64,000 nucleotides of DNA from Bacilli bacterium (GTDB lineage Bacteria > Bacillota_I > Bacilli_A > RFN20 > CAG-826): positions 14,103 through 78,102 of the forward strand of contig JBAYBM010000003.1 of NCBI GenBank assembly GCA_041669265.1, read 5' to 3'. A program made the translations under genes and the position numbers. The notes under the pieces were generated by a model. It searched no databases, had not been told where the DNA came from, and saw only the letters and a list, made by a program, of their open reading frames with translations. Shown here one piece after another: positions 50,363 through 64,000 of the stretch. Numbering within the stretch: the stretch's first letter is position 1; the number at the start of each line of letters is the position of its first letter.

Positions 50363-51876
50363 TATAAATTTAATCCTCCAATAAATTTATCAAAACCAGC
50401 ATTTCCTTTTGTATCATCTTTAAAGACACCTGTATTTATTAATATATTTTTACATGTTGTATTGATATATTCTTTAATATTTTTATCTACAGTTGAAGGA
50501 TTATAATCATTACTTAATTCATGAATCATAGGTAAAAAGTCTTCTAAATCTGGATACTTTTCAAGTATCGAATTATCATTAAAATTCTTCTCTAAAACAT
50601 CTTTAATCTCATTAGATTGGCGTACTAATCGAGCTGGTAAAATAAATAATCCCATTGCTTCAATAATTCCAATACCTTCTTTTTTAATATGATGATATTC
50701 TTTATGGGCATGGAATATTCCATCAGGATACATATCATTACAGCGGTTATTTCTTAAAATTAAATACATATAATAAGTATCATTTACTTTTCTAACGGAA
50801 GGAGTAATTGTATTATGTCTACCCTTATCATCAAAACATACAATATCATTATCTAAATCTGTATATTTTCTCCATCCATCTAATATTTCAGTAGATAAAT
50901 TAATTAATTCTTCTTTATTTTTAGATTCTATTAAAATACAAGAATTATACCAATCAAGTTTATATAATTTTGAGTCATGATATTTCTTCATTCCATATTC
51001 TTTTAATGGTTTACATCTCATAACAGGAAGGATATGTTCTCCTCCTTGAAAATGTTCATGATTTAATATTGATCCGCCAACAATAGGTAAATCAGCATTA
51101 CTACCAATAAAGAAACAAGGAACTTGATCAACAAAATCTAACAATCTTTGAAATGTTTTTCTTTCGATGGTCATATTCTTATGATATTTAGAAAAACATA
51201 TACAGTGCATATAATAATATCCATAAGGTGAATATTGTAAATACCATTCATCACCAGCTAAATTCATAGGAATTACACGAATATTTTCTCTTGCAGGTTG
51301 TTTATCATTTCCATAGAAACCAAGATTTTCTAAGCATAATAAACACTTTGGATATTTCTCTTCTAAATTTGCTTCTTTACTAATTAATTTCGCAATATCT
51401 TTGTTGTTCTTTTCTGGTTTAGAAAGATTAATTGAAATCTCTAAATTTTTAGAATTCCAATCAGTATCCCATACAATATTCTTATCAATTTTTGTTTTAG
51501 CAATATAATAATTTTTAATCGATAAATCATAAAGATAATCTACTGCTCTTCTAGTAGATTCTTTTTTGATTTCATTATATTTATCAACTACAACACTTGG
51601 ATTTGGACTAATTAAACCCATAATCTTTATAGCTTCTAATTCTGCTTCTTTTACTGAAAAGCTCCTACTATTAACTAAATAACTCTCCATTTCATCGACA
51701 AAATAATCTGGAGTTTTCATATTCTTAATCTTATCTTCATCAACTGGATTTATAGAAGGAAATTTTAATCCTAATTCTCCTAAAACTACATTCTTAAAAT
51801 ATAAAGAATCAAAATCCTTCATTCCTAAATGTATTTTGGCATAACTTATTAATTCATTTACTACATCGTTAATCAT
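50362..51876 (-). CDS. galT: Galactose-1-phosphate uridylyltransferase, family 2 (long Gram-positive type)
   Basis: 504 aa, directly between galM and galK; length and position fit the GalT family-2 proteins of lactic acid bacteria. Confidence 0.8.
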   Translation of the reverse strand: MINDVVNELISYAKIHLGMKDFDSLYFKNVVLGELGLKFPSINPVDEDKIKNMKTPDYFVDEMESYLVNSRSFSVKEAELEAIKIMGLISPNPSVVVDKYNEIKKESTRRAVDYLYDLSIKNYYIAKTKIDKNIVWDTDWNSKNLEISINLSKPEKNNKDIAKLISKEANLEEKYPKCLLCLENLGFYGNDKQPARENIRVIPMNLAGDEWYLQYSPYGYYYMHCICFSKYHKNMTIERKTFQRLLDFVDQVPCFFIGSNADLPIVGGSILNHEHFQGGEHILPVMRCKPLKEYGMKKYHDSKLYKLDWYNSCILIESKNKEELINLSTEILDGWRKYTDLDNDIVCFDDKGRHNTITPSVRKVNDTYYMYLILRNNRCNDMYPDGIFHAHKEYHHIKKEGIGIIEAMGLFILPARLVRQSNEIKDVLEKNFNDNSILEKYPDLEDFLPMIHELSNDYNPSTVDKNIKEYINTTCKNILINTGVFKDDTKGNAGFDKFIGGLNL

Positions 51877-51878
51877 AA

Positions 51879-52874
51879 TTATTTTAATTCCTTAAATTTA
51901 TATAAGATAAAGTGAGAATATTTATCACCTTTTCTAAGTTTTAAACTATCAATATCATAGTTATATAATTGAGGTTCTAAAGCAATAGCTCTTCTTGGTT
52001 CTTCAATATTTTTAATACCTACAAATTTAATAGGTACACGGAAATTATCAACAAAGATATTCATTGCTGGATAATCAGTATATAAAGATAATCTTACATC
52101 TTCATTTTTTAAAATACATTGAGGTTTATTTTTTAAGATATCTGTAAATATAAAGGTATTATCAATAGTTTTTAACCACGTTTTCTTTTCTAAATAATCT
52201 AAACGAGGATTTAATTTGGTAGCTCTATTAAAATCTAAATACCATGGAAGTTTATCAGTATCTCTAATAAAGGTAGTAGTATCAATGACACCATATTTTT
52301 CACTATTAACTTTTAATGTGTAATCATTAACATTTTTAGATAAATTGAAGTTCCAATAAATATGATTTGATAGATTTAATAATGATGCATTTGGAGTAGA
52401 GCCTTTAAAAATAATCTTAAAATCATTTTTATTAGCATATACTTCATAAATTACCTTTAAATTTAAAGAGCCTAAGAAACCATTTTCTTTATTCTTACAT
52501 TTGATAGTAAAAATAACATCTAATCTATTCTTAAATTCTTTAATTACATAATTCCATGCCTTAAATGATAAGGATTTTTCATTTCCTCCATGAAGAGAAT
52601 ATCCTCCTAAAGTTTCATCAAGATGATATTTAACTCCATCAATATCTTGATCACAAAGAACTCTTCCAGCAACTCTGCCTAATGTCTTACCATAAAAATT
52701 AGGTGAATTTAAAAAGTATTCTTTATCTTCAATAGATAATATTATTGGTTTTTTATTAAGTAATAAATTATAGGTTGAGGCACCAAAATTACATAATGTA
52801 ACTTCTAACCCATTCCCATTCTTAACATTAATAAAGACTACTTCATCATTATACTTCTCAATCTTGTACTCCAT
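51879..52874 (-). CDS. galM: Aldose 1-epimerase (galactose mutarotase)
   Basis: 331 aa; TLGGYSLHGG plus conserved His/Glu regions; first gene of the gal operon. Confidence 0.8.
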   Translation of the reverse strand: MEYKIEKYNDEVVFINVKNGNGLEVTLCNFGASTYNLLLNKKPIILSIEDKEYFLNSPNFYGKTLGRVAGRVLCDQDIDGVKYHLDETLGGYSLHGGNEKSLSFKAWNYVIKEFKNRLDVIFTIKCKNKENGFLGSLNLKVIYEVYANKNDFKIIFKGSTPNASLLNLSNHIYWNFNLSKNVNDYTLKVNSEKYGVIDTTTFIRDTDKLPWYLDFNRATKLNPRLDYLEKKTWLKTIDNTFIFTDILKNKPQCILKNEDVRLSLYTDYPAMNIFVDNFRVPIKFVGIKNIEEPRRAIALEPQLYNYDIDSLKLRKGDKYSHFILYKFKELK

Positions 52875-53009
52875 AACTAAACCTCTTTGTTTATATTTTA
52901 TTATAAAATTCGTCTAATTTTAATATAGAAAACTACTATCTTTATTAATTTTTCTCTTTTTAAGTTAAAAATATCATTTAACTTCCATTTAAAAGAAGAA
53001 AAAAGTAAT

Positions 53010-53036
53010 AAAAAACCATGTGAACAAGTCACATGG
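53010..53036 (-). terminator. Rho-independent terminator after pepC (CCATGTGA-ACAAG-TCACATGG; U6 on the minus strand; also T-rich on the plus side)
   Basis: aaaaaaccatgtgaacaagtcacatggctattttt read directly. Confidence 0.55.
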
Positions 53037-53049
53037 CTATTTTTAAAAT

Positions 53050-54402
53050 TTAAAGAGCTAAGGTTCCCATTGGATCCCATGGATCAAGAACTGTTGGTTT
53101 TTCTTTTAATGCAGCAATTTCTTTATCGTTTAAATATTTCTTTAAGATAACTGCTTGATAAACATAAGAATCAAACCATGATGGTGACATTATGAAGTAA
53201 CCTTTATTACCTCTTTCGTCTCCCCATGAATTTTCAATCTTCCATTTAGTTGGAACATTGTTTTTTAAGTTAACTCCAGTAATACACATAGCATGATTCA
53301 TAGCAGAAGCGCGATAATCTAACATATTAGCTTTATCAAATTTTAAATTCATATCAAAAGCTGACATATAATCATAACTTAAATCATCCCATAAACCAGT
53401 TACTAAATCTTTATATCCAGCAACATCACTACCAAACCAAACTACATCTCCACCTTTTAGTTGAGCAATAATCAATTCTTTTACTCTGTCCATTGGTAAA
53501 TTTAAGTGAGTAATAATTTTGCCTTCAATTACATTTCCTAAATAATCAATTGTGTAGGTTTTAAGAAATGGTTTATCGCTAGTTGGTGAATTAATAATAG
53601 AAACATATTCATCAATAGTATCTCCAATATATTCATTAAAGAAAGAAATAGGAGTTAAACCACTTTCAATATGATATTTATTATCTTTATCGGTATATTC
53701 AAAATCAAATTTAGTTGGTGGAACACCAAATGAATTAACTAATAATCCATAAATCTTATCTAAATAATCGTCTTTTAATAATGATAAGTCTTTTGATTTA
53801 TCATTCTTATATGCTTTTTGAGCTTCAGCAGCAAATTGACGAATAAATGAATTCAATAATGCATCACTTTCTCTAGTATTTGATGATTGATAGGTTTCTT
53901 CCATTGCTCCTTTTGGAACAATTCCATATTTACGAACAAGGTTTCTAAACATATCCCATTGTCCACCATCACCAACTCCAGTAGATAATAAATACATAAA
54001 TACTCTATCATCTGGTTTAGAATCTATTAAATCAATAATAGAACACATTAAGTAATTTGCTTTTTCTAATTTATCAAATAAGGCAATATAATTTTGAGAT
54101 AATTCAAAATCTTTTGTGATATTTAATTTATTAGCAATAATCTCTCTTAAAACATTTAAACCAGCAAATATCCAGCATCTCCCACTTGCTTTTTGATTAG
54201 CAACAGGTAAAGTCTTTAAATTAATTGAAAAATTATTTAAAACTTCAACTTCATTCTTTTGATCATAAACAACTGAAGAAATAGAATTTTTACATAAAGC
54301 ATGACGTAAAACTATATTTCTAGGATTAGCCATATAACGACGATTTAACGCATTAAATGATTCTCCTGTGATAGTATTTTCTTCAACATTTACTTTTTTC
54401 AT
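53050..54402 (-). CDS. pepC: Aminopeptidase C (papain-family C1 cysteine peptidase, bleomycin-hydrolase type)
   Basis: Active-site QKASGRCWIFAGLN; 450 aa; HAMCITG and NSWG motifs. Confidence 0.85.
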   Translation of the reverse strand: MKKVNVEENTITGESFNALNRRYMANPRNIVLRHALCKNSISSVVYDQKNEVEVLNNFSINLKTLPVANQKASGRCWIFAGLNVLREIIANKLNITKDFELSQNYIALFDKLEKANYLMCSIIDLIDSKPDDRVFMYLLSTGVGDGGQWDMFRNLVRKYGIVPKGAMEETYQSSNTRESDALLNSFIRQFAAEAQKAYKNDKSKDLSLLKDDYLDKIYGLLVNSFGVPPTKFDFEYTDKDNKYHIESGLTPISFFNEYIGDTIDEYVSIINSPTSDKPFLKTYTIDYLGNVIEGKIITHLNLPMDRVKELIIAQLKGGDVVWFGSDVAGYKDLVTGLWDDLSYDYMSAFDMNLKFDKANMLDYRASAMNHAMCITGVNLKNNVPTKWKIENSWGDERGNKGYFIMSPSWFDSYVYQAVILKKYLNDKEIAALKEKPTVLDPWDPMGTLAL

Positions 54403-54454
54403 TATAAAATCCTCCTAATCGAGACCATATGTATTTTAACACAAATGCTCTATT

Positions 54455-55879
54455 TTATTTTTTTAATTCATTAATGATAATTTTGTTAGCAACAGTTGGA
54501 TCTACTTTACCATGTGTTGCTTTCATGATTTGCCCCATGACAAATCCTTGTGCTCTAGTCTTACCAGCCTTGAAATCGCTTGGTAAACTTGGATTTGCTT
54601 TAATAACATCTTGAACCATCTTTAAAATCTCATTTTCATCATTAATTAAAGTAGCTCCTAATTTCTCTTTGAAATATTTTGGAGATTTATTTTCTTTAAT
54701 GACCTCATCAAATATTTGCTTGCCTTGTGATGAATTTATTTCTTTATTTTCTAAAAGCTCTACAAGTTCAGCGATATATTTTGGTTCTACTTTAAAATCT
54801 TTTATTTCTAAAGCGAGCTTATTTAAATGACCTAAAACATTAGAAATAATCATATTAGCAACGGCTTGATAATGTTTTGAATATTCAATTACTTTTTCAA
54901 AATATTCTGCTAAATCTACACTAGTTAATAAAATGTTAGCATCAATAGGATTAATTCCATATTCTTTAGTAAATCTATTAAATTTATGTTCAGCAAGTTC
55001 TGGACATGTATCGATAGCATTTTTAATAAAAGAATCACTTAATTTGATTGGTGGAATATTTGGTTCAGTAAAATATTTATAATCTACTGCATCAGTTTTA
55101 ACTCTCATCAAAATAGTTTCTTTTTTAGCTTCATCATATCTACGAGTTTCTTGTTGTACTTGATGTCCACTTAAAAGTAGTTCAGATTGACGTTTAATTT
55201 CAAAATTTATAGCATTTTCAACGTGCATAAAGGAATTTAAGTTTTTGACTTCAACTTTTGTTCCTAATTTATCGCTTCCATAAGGACGAATTGAGACGTT
55301 AACATCACATCTCATACTTCCATTTTCCATCTTTCCATCACTAACACCAGTAAAAGTAACAATATCTCTCATCTTTTCAAGATATTTTCTTGCTTCTTCT
55401 CCACTTCTAAGTTCTGGTTTAGAAACAATTTCAATTAATGGAACACCTGCTCTATTGTAATCAAGTAAAGTATAGGTTGATAAGTGTAATTGTTTACAAG
55501 TATCTTCTTCCATATGTAATCTTTCAATATGTATTTTTCTAGTTCCACTACTAGTTTCTATTTCAATATAACCTTCTTTACCAATTGGACGATTTTGTTG
55601 AGTAATTTGATAGCCTTTTGGTAAGTCGCTATAAAAATAATTCTTACGGTCAAACCATAATTCATTATCAATATCCATATGTAAAACGTTACTTACTCTA
55701 ATAGCATTAATAACAGCTTGTTTATTTACTCTTGGCATTGTGCCAGGAAAAGCCATATCTAAAAGAGTAACACTTGTATTTGCAACATCCATTGAAGAAA
55801 CAGGAGCAAGAGAAAACATCTTAGATTTAGTTTTCATCTCAACATGGATTTCAAGACCAATAACTGCTTCAAAATTCAT
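54455..55879 (-). CDS. gatB: Asp-tRNA(Asn)/Glu-tRNA(Gln) amidotransferase subunit B
   Basis: MNFEAVIGLEIHVEMKTKSKMFS... Confidence 0.95.
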   Translation of the reverse strand: MNFEAVIGLEIHVEMKTKSKMFSLAPVSSMDVANTSVTLLDMAFPGTMPRVNKQAVINAIRVSNVLHMDIDNELWFDRKNYFYSDLPKGYQITQQNRPIGKEGYIEIETSSGTRKIHIERLHMEEDTCKQLHLSTYTLLDYNRAGVPLIEIVSKPELRSGEEARKYLEKMRDIVTFTGVSDGKMENGSMRCDVNVSIRPYGSDKLGTKVEVKNLNSFMHVENAINFEIKRQSELLLSGHQVQQETRRYDEAKKETILMRVKTDAVDYKYFTEPNIPPIKLSDSFIKNAIDTCPELAEHKFNRFTKEYGINPIDANILLTSVDLAEYFEKVIEYSKHYQAVANMIISNVLGHLNKLALEIKDFKVEPKYIAELVELLENKEINSSQGKQIFDEVIKENKSPKYFKEKLGATLINDENEILKMVQDVIKANPSLPSDFKAGKTRAQGFVMGQIMKATHGKVDPTVANKIIINELKK

Positions 55880-55880
55880 A

Positions 55881-57359
55881 TTATTTGCCCTCCTTTTCTT
55901 TATAATTTAAGATACTTAAATCCTTAAAGTGAGTAAAATCTTCAAGGGCTAAACTAATATCAAACATACTAACTTCATCAAATGGTTTAGATGTGATATT
56001 TGCTCCGAATGGTAAATCATTTTCAAAACCTAAAGGAATAGTTATAGAAGGATAACCTCCAAAATTACCAATAGCTAAATAGTTATCAGCAATTAAATAA
56101 CTATTAGATAATTTTTCACTTGATTCATCAAATCTAGGAGCTACTTTTGGTCCAGCCAATAAATAAACTGCATCATAGTCCTCATAGATTTTATTAAAAG
56201 TATTAACTATTAAATGTCTTGCTTTTTGTGCTCTTAAAAATAATTCTTCTTGGTTTTCTCTCATTAATGAATAACTACCAATAACAAATCTACGTTTAAT
56301 TAAAGGTGAAAATCCTTTTGTACGAGAATTAAACATAACTTCTTGATATGTTTTTCCTCCATAATATGGGCCAAATTTAATGCCATCTAAATTGGCGTTA
56401 TTACTTGTAGCTTCTGCACAAGAAATAACAAAATATGCACCATATACGGCCTCTAATAATTTTGGATCAACAGAAACATATTCAATTTTTGCACCACAAT
56501 TTTTTAAATATTCAAGAGATTCATTAAATTTCTTAAGCATTACTTCATCATGAATTGAATCAATAATCTCTTTTATAATTGCAATCTTTTTACCTTTAAT
56601 ATTGGAGATAGTTTTTGTAAAATAATCATCTCTAACTTTATATGAAGAAGTAGAATCATTATCATCATGTTTAGCTAATACATTTAATAATAAAGCACTA
56701 TCTTTTACTGAACGAGTAAAATATCCAACATGATCTAAAGATGGAGCAAATGGAAATAAACCAAATCTAGAAATCTGCCCCCAAGTTGGTTTTAATCCTA
56801 CAAGTCCACTATAATGTGCTGGTTTACGAACACTATCTCCAGTATCACTTCCTAATGCAAACGGAACAATACTACTACTAACAGCAGCAGCACTTCCACA
56901 ACTTGAGCCACCAATTAATCTAGTATGAGTTTTGTCATATGGGTTAAAGGTAATTCCTTTATGTCCAGAAGTACCAGTTCCACCCATTGCTAGTTCATCC
57001 ATTGTAGATTTCCCTATCAATACGGCCTTCTTTTCTTTTAATAACTTAATTACAGTAGCATCAAATAAAGGAATATATCCATTTAAAATATTACTACTAG
57101 CATTAGTTTCTATATCTTTAGTTGAAAAATTATCTTTAGCAACATAAGGAATACCAAATAAATAATTATCTTTTTCTACAGGTAATTTATCTAATTCTAA
57201 TGCTTCTTTTATAGCGTCTTCTTCTAAAATAATTTCAAAAGCATTATCTTTATTTTCTTTTGCTCTTTTAATTGATTCTTTTACTAAATCACTTACTTTT
57301 ACTTTTCCCTCAACAAGAGCATTATGCATGCTTACAATATCTAAATCTAAATAACTCAT
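55881..57359 (-). CDS. gatA: Glutamyl-tRNA(Gln) amidotransferase subunit A (amidase signature)
   Basis: 492 aa; GGSSCGSAAAVSS amidase signature. Confidence 0.95.
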   Translation of the reverse strand: MSYLDLDIVSMHNALVEGKVKVSDLVKESIKRAKENKDNAFEIILEEDAIKEALELDKLPVEKDNYLFGIPYVAKDNFSTKDIETNASSNILNGYIPLFDATVIKLLKEKKAVLIGKSTMDELAMGGTGTSGHKGITFNPYDKTHTRLIGGSSCGSAAAVSSSIVPFALGSDTGDSVRKPAHYSGLVGLKPTWGQISRFGLFPFAPSLDHVGYFTRSVKDSALLLNVLAKHDDNDSTSSYKVRDDYFTKTISNIKGKKIAIIKEIIDSIHDEVMLKKFNESLEYLKNCGAKIEYVSVDPKLLEAVYGAYFVISCAEATSNNANLDGIKFGPYYGGKTYQEVMFNSRTKGFSPLIKRRFVIGSYSLMRENQEELFLRAQKARHLIVNTFNKIYEDYDAVYLLAGPKVAPRFDESSEKLSNSYLIADNYLAIGNFGGYPSITIPLGFENDLPFGANITSKPFDEVSMFDISLALEDFTHFKDLSILNYKEKEGK

Positions 57360-57361
57360 AA

Positions 57362-61873
<4,512 letters not shown>

Positions 61874-61977
61874 AGTGTTTAAAATTATAGCATTTTTATA
61901 GGTAGTTTCCTATCTATAAAATGATTATTTTAAACATTTTAAAAAGTTATTAAAATGGGACGAAACTATTAAGTAAA

Positions 61978-62949
61978 TTGTTTAATATTTTTCATAATGT
62001 TATCATTAATCTTGTTCTTAGAAAGATAGATAAAATGAAACTAATTAGTAAAAAAGAGAGTTTAAAACAATCAATACCATTAATAAGTTTAATGTGTGCT
62101 TTAAATATTGTTTTAAGTGTAGTAGCTACATATCTACCTATTACTGGTATATTTATTTTCTTATTTTTACCTTTAATATCTACATTATTATCTTTAAACA
62201 TTAAATATAGATATTATCCAATATATTTTATATGTTCATTAGGTTTATCTTTGCTTGTTACCATGGGAGATATTTCTTATACTTTATTGTTTTTATTTCC
62301 TTCTTTAATAATTGGATTTATCTTAAGTATTTTTATTAATAAGAAATTAGATTATTATTTAGCATTTATTATTACTTCTTTAATAATATTTTTAATAAAT
62401 TTAGGTTTAATTCCTTTATTAGATTTTATCTTTGCTACAAATACTATATCTATTTTCTTAAAGATCTTTAATTTAAGTAATAACGAAACAATAACAATAT
62501 TTATACCATCCATAATATATTTAATATCTGCTATACAGATGTTTATTGTATTAATAATTACAATTAATGAGGTAAAGAAATTGGGTTATATATTTATCTT
62601 TAGAAATATTGATAATTTATTATTATCTATTATATCTATCATTTCAGATTGGATTTGCATAGGTTTTTTATTTTTTAATCTAAAAATAAGTTATATTTTC
62701 TTATTTATTAGTTTAGTCATTTCTATCTTAATGATTTTAGAATTATATAGAGATAAAAGTAAGATCCCATTTATATTAAGTTTAATTACTATTCCACTTG
62801 GTTGGTTAATTTATATAATCTGTATGAATAATATGAGTTTAGAATCTTCTTTTATTAGTTTAGTATCTATACCTTCTTTAATATCATTGATATCTATATT
62901 TATATATTTCTTTAATGAATATAAACTTAAAAATAATTTAACAAAATAA
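61978..62949 (+). CDS. Polytopic integral membrane protein of unknown function (real start possibly MKLISKK at ~62038)
   Basis: Extremely hydrophobic 323-aa ORF with 8 or more predicted TM segments; no family assignment. Confidence 0.45.
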   Translation: MFNIFHNVIINLVLRKIDKMKLISKKESLKQSIPLISLMCALNIVLSVVATYLPITGIFIFLFLPLISTLLSLNIKYRYYPIYFICSLGLSLLVTMGDISYTLLFLFPSLIIGFILSIFINKKLDYYLAFIITSLIIFLINLGLIPLLDFIFATNTISIFLKIFNLSNNETITIFIPSIIYLISAIQMFIVLIITINEVKKLGYIFIFRNIDNLLLSIISIISDWICIGFLFFNLKISYIFLFISLVISILMILELYRDKSKIPFILSLITIPLGWLIYIICMNNMSLESSFISLVSIPSLISLISIFIYFFNEYKLKNNLTK

Positions 62950-63000
62950 GTTAAAAGACTATATAAAAAAGCATAAAAACAATTTAGAATAAATATAGAT

Positions 63001-63411
63001 ATGATGGATTTTTTAAAACTCCTTGGTAAAGGACTACTCTACATAATATTATTACCACTTGGCATTGTTGGTTTTGCTATATATGGATTATATTTATTCA
63101 TAATCTTTATTATATATTTCTTTAAACGTATCATTTATTTCTTTAAAGGAGATAAATTTGATTTAAATATGCCTGAAGATAAAAAAGCATTAGAAATATT
63201 AAATAACGCTCGTGATTTTTCAAGTGAAACCCCTACAAATCCCGCTTCAAATACTATAAATTACAATATGTATAATGTTCATGTTCATCCTGATAAAAAA
63301 TTAGGTGATGCTTCTAATAATGTGATTGAAGAAGATGATTCAAGTTTAATTGATACCACTAAAGGCCAAATAGAAAATAAGGAGGATAATGATGATGATA
63401 AATCTAATTAA
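63001..63411 (+). CDS. Small membrane protein with an acidic C-terminal tail (hypothetical)
   Basis: One or two TM segments (LLYIILLPLGIVGFAIYGLYLFIIFIIYFF), then a D/E/N-rich tail. Confidence 0.4.
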   Translation: MMDFLKLLGKGLLYIILLPLGIVGFAIYGLYLFIIFIIYFFKRIIYFFKGDKFDLNMPEDKKALEILNNARDFSSETPTNPASNTINYNMYNVHVHPDKKLGDASNNVIEEDDSSLIDTTKGQIENKEDNDDDKSN

Positions 63412-64000
63412 TTTAATTATCCTTACTGATTCTAAAACTTGGTGGAGTAACTTCTGGAAAGTTTTAGTTGTTATCTTTATTATTGTTATCCTTTTACTTG
63501 CAGTATTAGGTTTTATTGGTATGCTTATTGAAAAAGTAATGAAGAAACAAGGAATGAAAGTAGATCAATATATGACTAATTTAGTTTTTTCTAGATTAGT
63601 AGATAAACCAAAAGAATTTAATAGAATTGCTAAAGAAAAGAATAAAAGATGTTTCTATAAAGCTAGCATTACACCAATATTATTTATGTTGATAGCACTA
63701 CTTATTTGGGTTATATACCATTCAATAGTAGGTAATTGGAATGAATCAATATTTGATACTACTACTGGTGTTGGTTCATTATTTTATACTTTTGATTTCT
63801 CAAGTGTAAAATATGTTCCACCACTTGGTTTTGATGGAATAACTGTTGTTAATACTCCTCACTTTATAAGTAATGCTGCAATGACTAATTATTTTATATT
63901 CTTATTCTTATTTAGTGGCATTATATGGTACTTAATTAATGTTCAAGCTTATGTAGCTAGATTAGCTAGAATCAATACTTTAAAGAAAACAATCTATAGT
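63392..64000 (+). CDS. Membrane protein, partial (runs off the window end); its start overlaps the previous stop, preceded by SD AAGGAGG
   Basis: Hand translation from ATG 63392: MMINLINLIILTDSKTWWSNFWKVLVVIFIIVILLLAVLGFIGML... with no stop up to position 64000. Confidence 0.5.
   Translation, partial: MMINLINLIILTDSKTWWSNFWKVLVVIFIIVILLLAVLGFIGMLIEKVMKKQGMKVDQYMTNLVFSRLVDKPKEFNRIAKEKNKRCFYKASITPILFMLIALLIWVIYHSIVGNWNESIFDTTTGVGSLFYTFDFSSVKYVPPLGFDGITVVNTPHFISNAAMTNYFIFLFLFSGIIWYLINVQAYVARLARINTLKKTIYS

Noticed and set aside
53010-53036. GTGAACAAGTCAC palindrome as a CcpA cre or GalR/LacI-family operator for the gal operon
   Set aside because: It lacks the central CG and the 14-bp even spacing of cre/LacI-type operators. 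It is fully explained as the stem of the pepC terminator. No galR is present in the window.

Overview
The window is a very AT-rich, gene-dense chromosomal segment from a low-GC Firmicutes/Mollicutes-related organism (possibly Erysipelotrichia- or Acholeplasma-like). Translation uses the standard code: long ORFs are intact, Trp is encoded by TGG, and TGA acts as a stop, for example in ATGA start/stop overlaps. Nearly every real gene is on the minus strand.

- **1-10.6 kb:** the downstream part of a capsule/EPS-type glycan locus.
  - It carries an O-acetyltransferase whose frame is broken at a C9/G9 tract, two GT4 glycosyltransferases, a complete GDP-D-glycero-alpha-D-manno-heptose pathway (gmhA, hddC-gmhB fusion, hddA) and a small initiating phosphoglycosyltransferase.
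  - It also carries the phosphatase CpsB and a tandemly duplicated CpsC/CpsD (Wzz/BY-kinase) module; the second CpsC copy has lost its N-terminus.
- **10.6-13.3 kb:** an inserted-looking segment with a COG1373 AAA+ ATPase (DUF4143), a 3x33-bp tandem repeat upstream of it, and a DAGK-family lipid kinase on the plus strand.
- **13.4-25.9 kb:** a surface-protein island.
  - Four genes carry TasA/camelysin-like (SipW-cognate class) signal peptides. One is split by an in-frame TAA and one by two frameshifts.
  - The island also holds a 1091-aa BspA-type LRR lipoprotein and a two-gene cassette of unknown function.
  - A 780-aa mosaic lipoprotein combines collagen-like Gly-X-Y runs, eight tandem 60-aa modules, a Listeria-Bacteroides-type repeat and a Kelch beta-propeller.
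- **26.2-41.6 kb:** the conserved ribosomal protein block, rpsJ through rplQ, including rpmJ, infA, map, adk, secY and rpoA.
  - Many ribosomal proteins carry K/A/E-rich low-complexity extensions, and there is no L30 gene.
  - A structured, GC-rich leader precedes rpsJ. Upstream of it lies a 3x40-bp tandem array of a palindromic unit.
- **42-64 kb:** housekeeping genes.
  - An AspC-like aminotransferase on the plus strand.
  - A queuosine block, queT-tgt-queA-queH, flanked by two paralogous GT4 genes, with a candidate preQ1 riboswitch in front of queT.
  - The Leloir operon galM-galT-galK, then pepC, gatCAB, ligA and pcrA.
  - Three hydrophobic small-protein genes on the plus strand; the last runs off the window.

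I could not support any rRNA, tRNA, CRISPR array or recognisable transposase or integrase gene from the sequence.
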